64,000 nucleotides of DNA from positions 1,696,001 through 1,760,000 of the forward strand of contig OY730476.1 in assembly GCA_963422735.1 (NCBI GenBank), read 5' to 3'. Position 1 is the first letter of the stretch. Every line of letters begins with the position of its first letter. Under the pieces are notes generated by a model. It searched no databases and had not been told where the DNA came from. It saw nothing but the letters and a program-made list of their open reading frames with translations. Source of the stretch: Candidatus Latescibacterota bacterium (GTDB lineage Bacteria; Latescibacterota; UBA2968; UBA8231). Positions 50,495-60,349 of the stretch are shown here, piece by piece. Made by a program: the position numbers and the translations under genes.

Positions 50495-51168
50495 ATGACA
50501 CAGGATAAAACGCGCAGCAACGGGGGAATGAGCCGAGCGTCGAGAGCGTCGAGTTCTCCGTTGTTTTAGTCGCAACTGCAAACAACCCATCCATCTTAAA
50601 TCCAGATTTCTTGCAATACAACGAAATCGTGAATCCAGATTGGCAGGTACAAGGTTCCCCCGTCTTGAGTCCAGCTCTTGCCCAAGTATCATTTGAGGGC
50701 GGGCCTACCGTGACCGCTGACCTAAACCGCGTTATCTTTGAGCAAAAAACCGGACGCAAATTGGTCGCATCAGAAGTGGCGAAACGCTACCTTCGACAGG
50801 TCCCGCATGTTCCTTATTCCGCCATCGGCATCAATCCCAAGTTCTTTCTGCGCTCAACGGGAGAGCATCTGCCACTTATGGAGAGTGTAGTGCGCGATCA
50901 AGGCACTTGGATGTCGTTCAAGGATGCAGAACCGACGGTTCAACTGAAATTAATCTATAGCTACGAAGAAAGAACTATTCTCCTTGATGTTGCCCAGATT
51001 AAACCAACGACAGATGACCCGACGTCCTCTGGGATACTGTTCCAAGCGAATGTCCATCGTGATGTGGAAGGACTGAACGCACAAGCCCGAAACAAGCGCA
51101 TCCGGTCTATTTTGGACAGATGGGAAGACGATCTGGAGGATGTTCGTCAGTTGAGTAAGATTCTGTAA
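50495..51168 (+). CDS. Hypothetical protein (SVVLV...NPSILNPDFL family), frameshift close to the start
   Basis: AAAGGAG RBS and ATG at 50495 are one frame off the body; the body frame is open from 50509; G5 run at 50522-50526. Confidence 0.6.
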
Positions 51169-51179
51169 GGAGGGATGAA

Positions 51180-52097
51180 ATGACTATGGTTCTCGATGAA
51201 TCCGTACCGATTACATACAACTGGAACGAACCCGTATCGCCAACGGCTGGGGGTCCTAATCTAGCCATATCGCCGGTGCCTCCTTCGGAAGATGATTCGG
51301 CAGCAGAAGATCTACGCAGTACCTCTCAGCTTAGAGAACACCGAGAGGCCAAACTCATATCACCCAAAACGGCATACGCGGGAGATTCGAGGTGGAGTGG
51401 AGTAGGAGAACATCTCTTTACGAGCCGGATTGCGGAGGATTTTCCCACGCCTCCTGATGCCTTATTGGGTCTTGAACAAATCGATAAAACAAGCGAAGAT
51501 ATCTCATTGGAATCACTCCAAACGGCCTTACAGAACGTCTTCGATATTCTCAAACGGCATTACAATACCCATCCCATGTCGGCGTATGTATCTCCGTATG
51601 TATCTTCAACGTGGAATGAGGGAGGAAAGCACCACGTCTGGTTTGAAGTACGCCGGATTGCGGAACGTTTTTCCGGGGCGTTTCCCGTTGCCTTATTCGG
51701 TCTTGAGCAGAGCAACGACGAGGCGAGGGAAGAGGGCTTACCCGCTCCGCTCGCCAATGCCCTGCGCGATCTTCACGAATTAATCGCCGAGGCGCACGAA
51801 GAAGAAATTGCGCCGCCTTCCGAATCGGCTATGGCCGACGCGGATAGTCTGATACGAGCAATCTATGACATACGGCCACGTCAATATCTGGTGGAACTCC
51901 TGCCGGAGGGGGTTATTGCTATCACTATTCCCGGTGGGTTTCGGTGTTCAGTTATGTTGTTGTGCGAATCTGAGGGCGGGGCACTGTGCTCTGTCAACAT
52001 AAACGGCAAACACCGACGCAAACGGTACTTACGTACGGACCAACTATTGCCGGATAGTTTTCTGCGCGAAGCCTTGCGTGAATTGGAACGGGAGTAG
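51180..52097 (+). CDS. Hypothetical acidic protein, middle gene of a lower-GC cassette
   Basis: AGGAGG RBS; low-complexity N-term, compact C-terminal domain. Confidence 0.7.
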   Translation: MTMVLDESVPITYNWNEPVSPTAGGPNLAISPVPPSEDDSAAEDLRSTSQLREHREAKLISPKTAYAGDSRWSGVGEHLFTSRIAEDFPTPPDALLGLEQIDKTSEDISLESLQTALQNVFDILKRHYNTHPMSAYVSPYVSSTWNEGGKHHVWFEVRRIAERFSGAFPVALFGLEQSNDEAREEGLPAPLANALRDLHELIAEAHEEEIAPPSESAMADADSLIRAIYDIRPRQYLVELLPEGVIAITIPGGFRCSVMLLCESEGGALCSVNINGKHRRKRYLRTDQLLPDSFLREALRELERE

Positions 52098-52102
52098 GCT
52101 AG

Positions 52103-52528
52103 TTGGCTTACATAAACCCTCCTCAGAGCATATCTCTAAAAGAGACTTTGGGGCGGGGTGTATTTTCAGGCAAACAAGCACGTCGAGCTAAAAATGGGAT
52201 AGTTCCCCGTCATGCATTTCTCGAGCGGCGGGGGGAAGTGAATATATCCGTTGATCGGCTTGGTTTCGCTGAACCTGAAGAGATGGAGACGCTTGGCGAC
52301 AGTGTAGCAGTTGGCCGCAGTGTAGGCCGTGAGGTCACTTTTTATGGCTGGGCTTTCATTGCCGCTGAAGACGCCGGAAGCAATAAGCGGCGGGTGGTTG
52401 CCACTCCAAGACCCGATAATCCATACCATACAGACATTATCTTGCCCGACTCCACAGCTGAAGACCGCGACGAACAAATTCGTCACGCCCAAAAGCTGGC
52501 GCGAACGCCCGGACTCTACGAAAATTGA
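52103..52528 (+). CDS. Hypothetical protein, possible ART/RES-fold toxin
   Basis: E.LGR, AF, ISVDR, VVATP..DNPYH.DI pattern; C-terminus may be clipped. Confidence 0.5.
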   Translation: MAYINPPQSISLKETLGRGVFSGKQARRAKNGIVPRHAFLERRGEVNISVDRLGFAEPEEMETLGDSVAVGRSVGREVTFYGWAFIAAEDAGSNKRRVVATPRPDNPYHTDIILPDSTAEDRDEQIRHAQKLARTPGLYEN

Positions 52529-52531
52529 CGA

Positions 52532-52717
52532 ATGACTCTTTTTGTTGGATTGGAACTGCCAGCCAATGAAGCGTATCAAGACGAGGCGTGCCAAGCCCTT
52601 GACCTCTCTGTCTTGGTGGAGCTGTTGCACCTTCCTGAAGCAGCTTTTGAACCGTTTGTCATTTTGAGCGACCAATGGTGCAACGAGCCGAGTGTCCACG
52701 GTGGCCAGAAGGCATAG
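52532..52717 (+). pseudogene. C-terminal remnant of a large RM-type enzyme
   Basis: LPANEAYQDE.CQALD..VL..LL.LP..QWCNEPSVHGG matches the remembered C-terminus of the family whose N-term lies at 50065. Confidence 0.45.
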
Positions 52718-52845
52718 TATTGACTCAATCGAGAATAAAATCGACCTAATCGGCTTCTCGGGCTTCCTCGCAAGAGCTTGACCCAGCAGGCGGATTGCAT
52801 TAACTCACTCTGGGCGGCCAAAGCGAAGCGAAAGACAGGTGCAAA

Positions 52846-54786
52846 GTGGACCTAGACGAACTGCTGAGCGACGTAGATACAGACGAAATGCTGCGCCTCT
52901 ACGACGAGGCGGCTGAGGAACTGCTGCAAGTCGCCATAAGCGATGGCCACTTCGCCGACTGCGATCCAAGCAAAATCACCTGGCCGGTGGCCGGGGATCT
53001 TGGCGCACTTGTGCGACGCGCCGAACTGATCGGCACCATTCACGAGGGCATCCCCTCACTCCGCGACAAGCGCCTGCAAGAGGCTTATGACCACTACGAG
53101 CGCGTCGGCCCGGCGTACCACCAAGCGAACCGCCTCTACCTAGCAACGCGCCAGCTCTTCGTCAAACGCGGGCGCGGCGACGCGCTCGACTTCCACGCGC
53201 TCTACCAATCGGTCTATCTACACGCCCTAGGCCGAGACAATCCCTACACGCTTGACGAAGGCGAGGCGGCCCTCGTCAAGCTGCGGGTCGCCCGCGTCCC
53301 GCTGTCCCACGCCCACGCCGTCGCCGAGAAGCTGCAGGCCGGTACGGCGCAAAAAGAGCCCGCGACCGACTCGACAGAAGATCTACGCCTCGCAGAGCAC
53401 TACGCCTGTGAAAGCGACGGAGTGCGCCACGCTGGGACGCTCGGCGACCTGCTCAGCGAGGTTGCCGAGCGCGTCGTCGATTACCTCGCCGCTGGCGAGC
53501 ACTTCGCCATCCGCTTCAACACCTATAGCAACTTCATCTATCTTGGTATATCGGTGTGGAAGGCCATCACGGACGCCGACTTGCTCTTGGCCCGCATCGA
53601 GGGCCGGGTGCGCACCCAATGGCACCAAAAGCTGGGCAAGCTGGTCCTGCTGGGTAAGGCCATGCTGCTCAAGTTCCTCCAAGCCCACTCCGAAGATCCC
53701 GCTCAAATCAAGCCGAGGGAATTTTGGTACGGCCAAGAGTACAGCTACCTGACGCGCGACATGATCGACCTGACACGCCGCTTAGTCGGCTACGTCAACC
53801 GACTAGCGAGCCGGGTGCGCGGGGGGATTGATCCAGTGGTTCTGCCGCCACTGCTCGACGGCAAGGCCAAGGGCCGTTTTCTCGAATACCAGCACGTCGG
53901 GCGACGCCAGACCTTCGGCCCATGGCACCGCCGGGCGCGTCTCTTGCGCTGGGCTCTCCTCTACTATCGCACCGGCCGCAAAAAAATGAGCCTCCTAGCG
54001 GCTCAGCTCGAGGAAGCGGAGCGTCTCAAAGCGGCCAGCGTCCAAAGCGGCGAATGGGGGAGGGAATCGCTGGATATTTTCGGCATTGAACTGACCATAA
54101 GCGCCGACCCGCTCTTCGCCGCCACCGCGCGTGCCCTCGACCTAGCCAACAAACAGGAGAAGGTCCTTTTTCTTCCCACGCACCGCAGCCTCTTCGACCA
54201 TCCGGTGATGAGCAGCCTGCTCCACGACCCCCGCTTCCTCAAACTGATCGGCTGGCGCGAACCCCCCACGCCCGTGATCCTCGCCCGCGCCCGACTCACC
54301 GAACCCGCAACCCTGCGCATCGGCGGCCGCTCTTTTTCGCTGATTGGCTTTACTACCGAGGAAGTTGACAACATGATGGAGGCCGTTGACGGGCACGTCA
54401 TTATGACCCGCTCGGCCGACGCGAAAAACCCCACGCGCCGCTTTGCCAAGCTCCTCGCCAAGCGGCCGGGCGTCGTCTATGGCGAGGGTACCACCGCCGC
54501 CTTCGAGCCTCAGTGCCTGCCCATGCAGCACGCGCTCTTTGCTTACCTGCCGCCCGACGTGATCATCGTGCCGCTGGCTTTTCGCGGCATCCACTCGCTG
54601 TGGCCCAAATGTCCCCGCGGCAATCTCGACATCGGCAGCGGACGGGTCGAAGTGGTGGTTTGCCCGCCGATGCTCGGCGAAACCACGCTCCTGCCGCGCA
54701 AGCGCGCGCTGCGCACCCAGCTAGAGCCGGCGACGCTATTCCAAGCCGTACACATCGCACGGCTTTTTAATCCGTTGCCAGCCTAA
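52846..54786 (+). CDS. Large protein with C-terminal PlsC-like acyltransferase domain
   Basis: PTHRSLFD (HX4D), YGEGT, IVPLA; about 400-aa unassigned N-terminal region. Confidence 0.7.
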   Translation: MDLDELLSDVDTDEMLRLYDEAAEELLQVAISDGHFADCDPSKITWPVAGDLGALVRRAELIGTIHEGIPSLRDKRLQEAYDHYERVGPAYHQANRLYLATRQLFVKRGRGDALDFHALYQSVYLHALGRDNPYTLDEGEAALVKLRVARVPLSHAHAVAEKLQAGTAQKEPATDSTEDLRLAEHYACESDGVRHAGTLGDLLSEVAERVVDYLAAGEHFAIRFNTYSNFIYLGISVWKAITDADLLLARIEGRVRTQWHQKLGKLVLLGKAMLLKFLQAHSEDPAQIKPREFWYGQEYSYLTRDMIDLTRRLVGYVNRLASRVRGGIDPVVLPPLLDGKAKGRFLEYQHVGRRQTFGPWHRRARLLRWALLYYRTGRKKMSLLAAQLEEAERLKAASVQSGEWGRESLDIFGIELTISADPLFAATARALDLANKQEKVLFLPTHRSLFDHPVMSSLLHDPRFLKLIGWREPPTPVILARARLTEPATLRIGGRSFSLIGFTTEEVDNMMEAVDGHVIMTRSADAKNPTRRFAKLLAKRPGVVYGEGTTAAFEPQCLPMQHALFAYLPPDVIIVPLAFRGIHSLWPKCPRGNLDIGSGRVEVVVCPPMLGETTLLPRKRALRTQLEPATLFQAVHIARLFNPLPA

Positions 54787-55400
54787 CCTAGATTGTCTCC
54801 CAACTAGGGTAGTGGACCGGCTCAGGGCCTCTAGGAATACGAGTCCCTCGTGCCTCTTTCCTTTTACTCGCCCGTCATCTCGGCCAAGGTCGCCAGAGCG
54901 GTTCGTTCCCATCTGGCGAGGGTACACAGCCGCGGCTGAATGCGCGGTACTACACTCGTCGTTTCCTTGGCCGCCCCTTTGAAGCACAAATTCTTCACCA
55001 CAAACCAGCTTTGGGAAATCGACTCAAATTCTCGGCTGAGGTCATTTAGACGGGGAAGCTAGCAAACCTGAGCCGCATGGTGGAGAAAGCGACTATGGCC
55101 TTCGCGGAGTAAGGCGATTTCCAAAAGCAATTGAGCGCATCGTCCTAAGCGAGCTTTGAGGAACGGCTTTTCGTACTCCTTCCAAGTTCCAGTATCCTCG
55201 GAGAGTCGCTCAATACCCTCCAGACCCACAGCGAGATTCGCTTGCCCGCTGGACGGACGCGGACATGCTGCGCAGGTTGCGCTGTAGGAGGGCACGGGCA
55301 GCTTTGGGCCGTAGGACAAGCCGTCGCTTCGACACCTCCAGCCAGAACCAGTTTATCGGTCCTGCCCCTCTCTGACCATCGCGCCCATATCCCAACTGGC

Positions 55401-55482
55401 ATAGTGAATAGTGGACAGTGAATAGTGAATAGAGGGAAGCGGGAACTAACCACTGATCACTAACCACTAACCACTAACCACC
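55401..55482. repeat. Two opposed heptamer arrays (ATAGTGA-type x4 and ACTAACC-type x5)
   Basis: Directly visible; intergenic, downstream of the EndoQ-UvrD gene. Confidence 0.85.
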
Positions 55483-55534
55483 TCATTTGCCACGACTTGC
55501 ATTGTGTTGAGATTCGCCGACTAAAGTACACACC

Positions 55535-58500
55535 CTAAAAGAGCGATAGCTGCTCAGCCCGCCGCCGGCGCGGCATGGCCACATCCTCGCGCACGAGCAA
55601 CCGAGCGGGGATCTCGTCCACAAACGGCGATAGCGCACACTGCACCCGCTCGCCATAGCACTGGCGGCTGCGCGCCCGGAGCAATACCAGTTCCTCCTCG
55701 GCTCGCGTCATGCCCACGTAAAAGAGCCGCCGCTCCTCGGCGAGATCGGCGTCCCGCTCGCGAAAGGGGATGAGTCCGTCCTCTACCCCGCAGATAAAAA
55801 CCACTGGAAATTCCAAGCCCTTGGCTGCGTGTAAGGTCATCAGCGCGACGGCCTCCGGGCCTTGGGGACCGCCCCGCTCCTCGTAGTCGGCCTCCGCGCC
55901 TAGGAGCACGGTCTCCAAAAGCTGCGCGAGCGTCCCGGCCGCGTCCGCTACTCGAGCTAGGTGCTCCAAGTCCTCGTCCTCCGGGTCGCCGAACTCGGCC
56001 TGCCAGCGGCGCACCCAAACACCCGGCCCCTCCTGCGTGGCCCATTGCCTGTACTCTGCTATTCGCGCCTCTAGCACCTCAACCCGAACCTGCGCCGCTG
56101 CCGACAGATCCCCCCGTTGTACTTGGCGCAAAATGTGCGGTTCCGCGCCTATGGCCTCTAGAGCCTGCCAGCGGCGCACATCCTCTTGCGAGATCGAGGC
56201 ATAACGAGCAAACGCCAAGGCGGCCCGCACCATCGGTGCTTGGAGAAAGCCCTTCTGCCCAACGAGCCGGTAGGGCAGGCCCTCCTTGCGGAAGCATTCC
56301 TCCAACACTTGGCCCTGTCGGCCGGTGCGGAAGAGCACGGCAAAATCGGCGAAGCTGCGGGTGCCCTCTGCGCCGGCATCGGCCTGTACCATATCGGTGC
56401 CGCCGACCATGCGGGCAATCTCCCGCACCACCGCAATACCTTCGGCCGTCTCGCCCGGCACCTCGATTAGGCGGAGCCGCCCCTTGCCCGGGCGCATGGC
56501 TACAAGTTCAATGGCCTCTCGCCCCGGATTGTGGCCAACGACGGCAGCGGCAGCTTCGACGATATGGCCCTGTGAGCGGTAATTCGCGCCTAGATGGAAG
56601 AGCCGCGTACCCGAGAAACGGTCTCGCAAGTCGGCGAAGTAGGCGGGCGAAGCTCCGCGAAAGCTGTAGATCGCTTGATCGGGGTCGCCGATGGCCATCA
56701 GGCCCGCGCCTTCACCCGCCAACTGGAGGACCAATCTATACTGCGCGGCGTTGAGATCTTGGAATTCGTCTATTAGCAGATAGGGAAAACGCGCTCGCAC
56801 CTGTTCCCGCACAGCTACATCCCCTTCTAAGAGGCGCAGCAAATCCAAGAGAATGTCGTCGTAGTCGCAAGCCCCGTACGCATGGAGGGCCGCCTGGTAA
56901 GCATCGTAATGCGGCCGCCACTCCTCGGCGATCTCATCCGGCCCTTGCGCGGCGGCCTTGGCCAGCGAGAGGGCTCGACTAGCGGCGGCAGCCGGGCCCG
57001 GCAAACCAGCGTCTGCCAGCGCTCCTTCCAGCAACCGGTGCGCTTCCACCTCGTCGAGAACCAGCTTTGGCTCGCAGCCCAACTGCCGCAAAAGCGACAA
57101 CGCCAAGCGGTGGAAGGTCCCCACCTGCATCGCTCCTAGCCCGGACTCACCGCCCAACAATGCGCTCAGCCGCTGCCGCATTTGTCCAGCCGCCCGCCGG
57201 GTAAAGGTAATGGCCATGATCCGCCCCGGGTCCACGCCGCTTGCGACCAGCCGGGCAATGCGCCGCGTCAGCACCCGGGTCTTGCCCGACCCTGGCCCGG
57301 CCACGACCACTAAAGGCCCTCCTGCGGCCTCTTCGATTTGCCGCTGTGCGGCGTCGGGCGCGGCCGCGTTCCGATCCGCTTGTGAGGGGCTAGCAGACCT
57401 TGGTGGCTGCACCGGCACTACTTCCTCAGCCATATTGGCAGCCGCCGGTCCCAAGTCGAACAATGCACCTTGCCCTTGTAAGCGCGTCCGCTCCTCCTCG
57501 CTGAACACGCTGATTGCGCCGTACTCCCCATCGTGGCCGGGGTAGATTTCGACTTCGCCGCAGCGCATCCGGCGCACGCTTTCGGCCACCAACGGCCCGC
57601 CGCAGCTTTCAATTGCCCCGAGCCCAGCGCGGCGCAAGACTTCGAGTTCCGGGCCTATTTCAGCCAAGAGCCGGTCGTACACGGCGCGGACTTTTTTGGT
57701 CTTAGGTCCCGCGCCAACCGCTGCGCCGATCACTTCGTCGAGTGGGATCAAGTACTCGTAGGGCGGGGCCACATCCGGGCGGAACCCCTCCGGGCGATCG
57801 GCCAGCCTTTCCACCCGGTGTAAAACCCCCACCGTCAGCTTGCGTCCGCACACCGGACAGATTCCCCCGGCGGCCAGCGTTTGCTCTGGCTTGTAGCACA
57901 CCGCGCACTTGCGGTGTCCGTCGTAGTGGTATTTACCTTCTTCGGGATAAAACTCCAAGGTGCCCAAAAAGCGTGCTGGGTCGCGGTCTTTGAGCGCAGA
58001 GTAAATGCCCGGATACGAGCACTCGGCGTCAAAACACGTGGCCTCGCGGGCCAGCTTTTGCGGAGAGTGCGCGTCGGAATTGGATACGATCGCATAGCGG
58101 TCCAGGGCCGACAGCCGCCAGTTCATCGGCGGATCCGAGGACAGGCCGGTCTCCACTGCGAAGATGTGCGGCAGCAAATCCTCGTAGCACTCCTCCAACG
58201 AGTCAAAGCCCGAAGAGGCCCCCAAAGCGGCAAAGTGCGGCGTCCATATATGGGCTGGGACGAAGAGCACGTTTTCGTCGGCTTCGAGACAGATTTCTAA
58301 AAGGTCGCGGCTGTCCAGCCCCAAAATGGGCCGGCCGTCGGACTGCAAGTTGCCAATGGCACCGAGGCGGCGGTTGAGTCGGGCTGCGGACTCGAGGGTA
58401 GGCAGGATGACGACGTGGTGGATCTTGCGAGTTTTGTCGCCCTTCTTATAGATGGTGCTGATTTCCACCGAAAGCATGAAACGCACGGCGCGACGGCAGC

Positions 58501-58741
58501 ACTCGGGCAACTCTTGTTCCACGGCGGCGCGACGGCCGGGTTCGAGCTGATACAGGCCCTCTTCGGCTGGTTCGAGTTGCTCAGATAATTCGGCAAACCA
58601 CTCGGGATGCGTGTAGTCCCCGGTGCCGACTACGTCAACGCCCTTGAGCACCGACCACTTGTGCAAATTGGAAGGGTTGAGGTTGCGGCTCGTCGCTCGC
58701 GCAAAGCGCGAGTGCAGATGCACGTCAATTATGAACTGCAT
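55535..58741 (-). CDS. Fusion of PHP-domain endonuclease Q-like protein and UvrD/PcrA SF1 helicase
   Basis: D.HLHS, GTGD.THP, PAH.WTP, ETGLSSD, SNSDAHS, Zn finger; then AGPGSGKT, DEFQD, GDPDQAIY.FRG, NYRS, T.HAAKGLEF, EERRLFYVGMTRA. Confidence 0.92.
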   Translation of the reverse strand: MQFIIDVHLHSRFARATSRNLNPSNLHKWSVLKGVDVVGTGDYTHPEWFAELSEQLEPAEEGLYQLEPGRRAAVEQELPECCRRAVRFMLSVEISTIYKKGDKTRKIHHVVILPTLESAARLNRRLGAIGNLQSDGRPILGLDSRDLLEICLEADENVLFVPAHIWTPHFAALGASSGFDSLEECYEDLLPHIFAVETGLSSDPPMNWRLSALDRYAIVSNSDAHSPQKLAREATCFDAECSYPGIYSALKDRDPARFLGTLEFYPEEGKYHYDGHRKCAVCYKPEQTLAAGGICPVCGRKLTVGVLHRVERLADRPEGFRPDVAPPYEYLIPLDEVIGAAVGAGPKTKKVRAVYDRLLAEIGPELEVLRRAGLGAIESCGGPLVAESVRRMRCGEVEIYPGHDGEYGAISVFSEEERTRLQGQGALFDLGPAAANMAEEVVPVQPPRSASPSQADRNAAAPDAAQRQIEEAAGGPLVVVAGPGSGKTRVLTRRIARLVASGVDPGRIMAITFTRRAAGQMRQRLSALLGGESGLGAMQVGTFHRLALSLLRQLGCEPKLVLDEVEAHRLLEGALADAGLPGPAAAASRALSLAKAAAQGPDEIAEEWRPHYDAYQAALHAYGACDYDDILLDLLRLLEGDVAVREQVRARFPYLLIDEFQDLNAAQYRLVLQLAGEGAGLMAIGDPDQAIYSFRGASPAYFADLRDRFSGTRLFHLGANYRSQGHIVEAAAAVVGHNPGREAIELVAMRPGKGRLRLIEVPGETAEGIAVVREIARMVGGTDMVQADAGAEGTRSFADFAVLFRTGRQGQVLEECFRKEGLPYRLVGQKGFLQAPMVRAALAFARYASISQEDVRRWQALEAIGAEPHILRQVQRGDLSAAAQVRVEVLEARIAEYRQWATQEGPGVWVRRWQAEFGDPEDEDLEHLARVADAAGTLAQLLETVLLGAEADYEERGGPQGPEAVALMTLHAAKGLEFPVVFICGVEDGLIPFRERDADLAEERRLFYVGMTRAEEELVLLRARSRQCYGERVQCALSPFVDEIPARLLVREDVAMPRRRRAEQLSLF

Positions 58742-58771
58742 ATTGGATTCCCGTTGACCTGTAGGGTCGCC

Positions 58772-59668
58772 CTAATCCCGCTCGACCCAGTTGGCAACCA
58801 CAATGCCCACAGCCACCAATCCCATGCTGGCCAACAGATAGGGCGATATGACCTCGCCCAAAAGCGCAGCACTCAACAGTACGCCCACCACCGGCGTGAC
58901 AAAGCTGAAGCCCCCCAATCGCCCCGGCGAGTGGTGTTGGAGCAGAAAGACTAGGATGATAAAACACAACCCAGCGACGGCGACTCCTTGGTAGAGTACG
59001 CCGGCGACGACCGGGCCGGTTAGGACGTACTCGGCTTCGGATTCTAAGAGCGCGCTCCAAACGGCAAACAGCGGCAGGCTCAGTACGGCCTGCCAAAACA
59101 GAACCTGATAGGGATTAAGCCCCTGTACCAGCCGCTTGATCACCACCTGCCGCAAGCCCAACAACAAGCCGCTAGCGGCCACCATCGCGTCGCCGAGCAG
59201 ATGCTGCGTCTCGGCCAGCGCGAGCGACTCCCCAAACAACAATACCACGCCGGCAAACGAAATGACCAGGCCAAACCACCGCCCCAAGCCCAAGCGGTCG
59301 CCGACGAGCAAGTGTGCGAAGAGTGCCGTGAAGAAGGGATAGATATTGACCACCACCCCCGAGCGGCTGGCCGTGGTGTATTGAGTGCCGGCGTTCAAAA
59401 GCCATATTTGCAGCGCGAAAAGCAGCACCAAGCCGCCCAACCCCTTCCATTCGCTGAGGGGTATGCGCAGCCGAATACCAGCAAAAAGTGCCCCGATCCA
59501 TACGGTCAGGGCACCTAGTGCGAAGCGCAAACCAGCCATGGCCGCGGGCGGCACCCCTTCGAGACCCATCTTGATCGCCACCGGATTGCCGCCCCACAGT
59601 ACAGCGGTCACAAGAGCTAGAGAACCGGCCTTTAGCCCAATAGCCTCATTGCGGATTTCGACGGCCAA
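58772..59668 (-). CDS. DMT/EamA family transporter
   Basis: LWGGN..AIK, RF, about 10 TM helices, FVTPVVGVLLS. Confidence 0.88.
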   Translation of the reverse strand: MAVEIRNEAIGLKAGSLALVTAVLWGGNPVAIKMGLEGVPPAAMAGLRFALGALTVWIGALFAGIRLRIPLSEWKGLGGLVLLFALQIWLLNAGTQYTTASRSGVVVNIYPFFTALFAHLLVGDRLGLGRWFGLVISFAGVVLLFGESLALAETQHLLGDAMVAASGLLLGLRQVVIKRLVQGLNPYQVLFWQAVLSLPLFAVWSALLESEAEYVLTGPVVAGVLYQGVAVAGLCFIILVFLLQHHSPGRLGGFSFVTPVVGVLLSAALLGEVISPYLLASMGLVAVGIVVANWVERD

Positions 59669-59669
59669 C

Positions 59670-60311
59670 TTAGTCGATGATCTCGGCCTTGGCGATGTAA
59701 TCGAGGTTGGGAAAGTTTTCTTTGAGATAGGTGCTGCCACGCATAGAGATTTGCTGCTGGGAAGGCTGCTGGCCGTACTCGGCGTTGATCTGGTCAACTA
59801 TTTCCATGCCCTCTACTACTTCGCCGAAGGGTGCAAAATTCTGGCCATCAAGTCTGCTATTGTCTCCCAAGTTGATAAAGAGCTGGGTCGTGCGCGTATT
59901 GGGCTGATTGGTTTTGGCGTACGTGATCCGTCCGCGCGTATTGCTCTGCTTGACCGGGTCGTCGAGGATATGGGCTTGGTGCCAGACCTTGTTCAGCTCT
60001 GGATTGCCGCTCAAGCCCCACTGCACTACAAAGTTAGGCATTACTCGGAAGAAGCGCTGCTCGTCGTAGAAACCATTGCGGACCAAGTTGTAGAAGCGGT
60101 CGGCACCGTGCGGTGCCCAGTCGCGCGTCACTTGGATGACCACCGGGCCGATACTAGTCTCCAAGCGCACTGCGAATTCGTCGGGCGCCTGCACCTTGAA
60201 GGCGTCACTTGCTGGATCCATTAGGCCCTCCTTGTTTGCTTTCCCACCTTGGCCGCCGGTTCCACAGCCGAAAGCCCAAAGTGCGATGATTAGTAGTGCG
60301 CTCCGCTTCAT
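59670..60311 (-). CDS. Cyclophilin-type peptidyl-prolyl isomerase, lipoprotein
   Basis: MKRSALLIIALWAFGC lipobox; FFRV.PNFVVQWG, QLFINL.DN..LD, F.PFG.V. Confidence 0.92.
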   Translation of the reverse strand: MKRSALLIIALWAFGCGTGGQGGKANKEGLMDPASDAFKVQAPDEFAVRLETSIGPVVIQVTRDWAPHGADRFYNLVRNGFYDEQRFFRVMPNFVVQWGLSGNPELNKVWHQAHILDDPVKQSNTRGRITYAKTNQPNTRTTQLFINLGDNSRLDGQNFAPFGEVVEGMEIVDQINAEYGQQPSQQQISMRGSTYLKENFPNLDYIAKAEIID

Positions 60312-60349
60312 TTTTAATGCCTTTTTCTTGGTGTGTTTATTGATTTCCG

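Noticed and set aside
54790-55400. Short ORFs between the acyltransferase and helicase genes
   Set aside because: No RBS, motif or consistent frame; probably decayed sequence.
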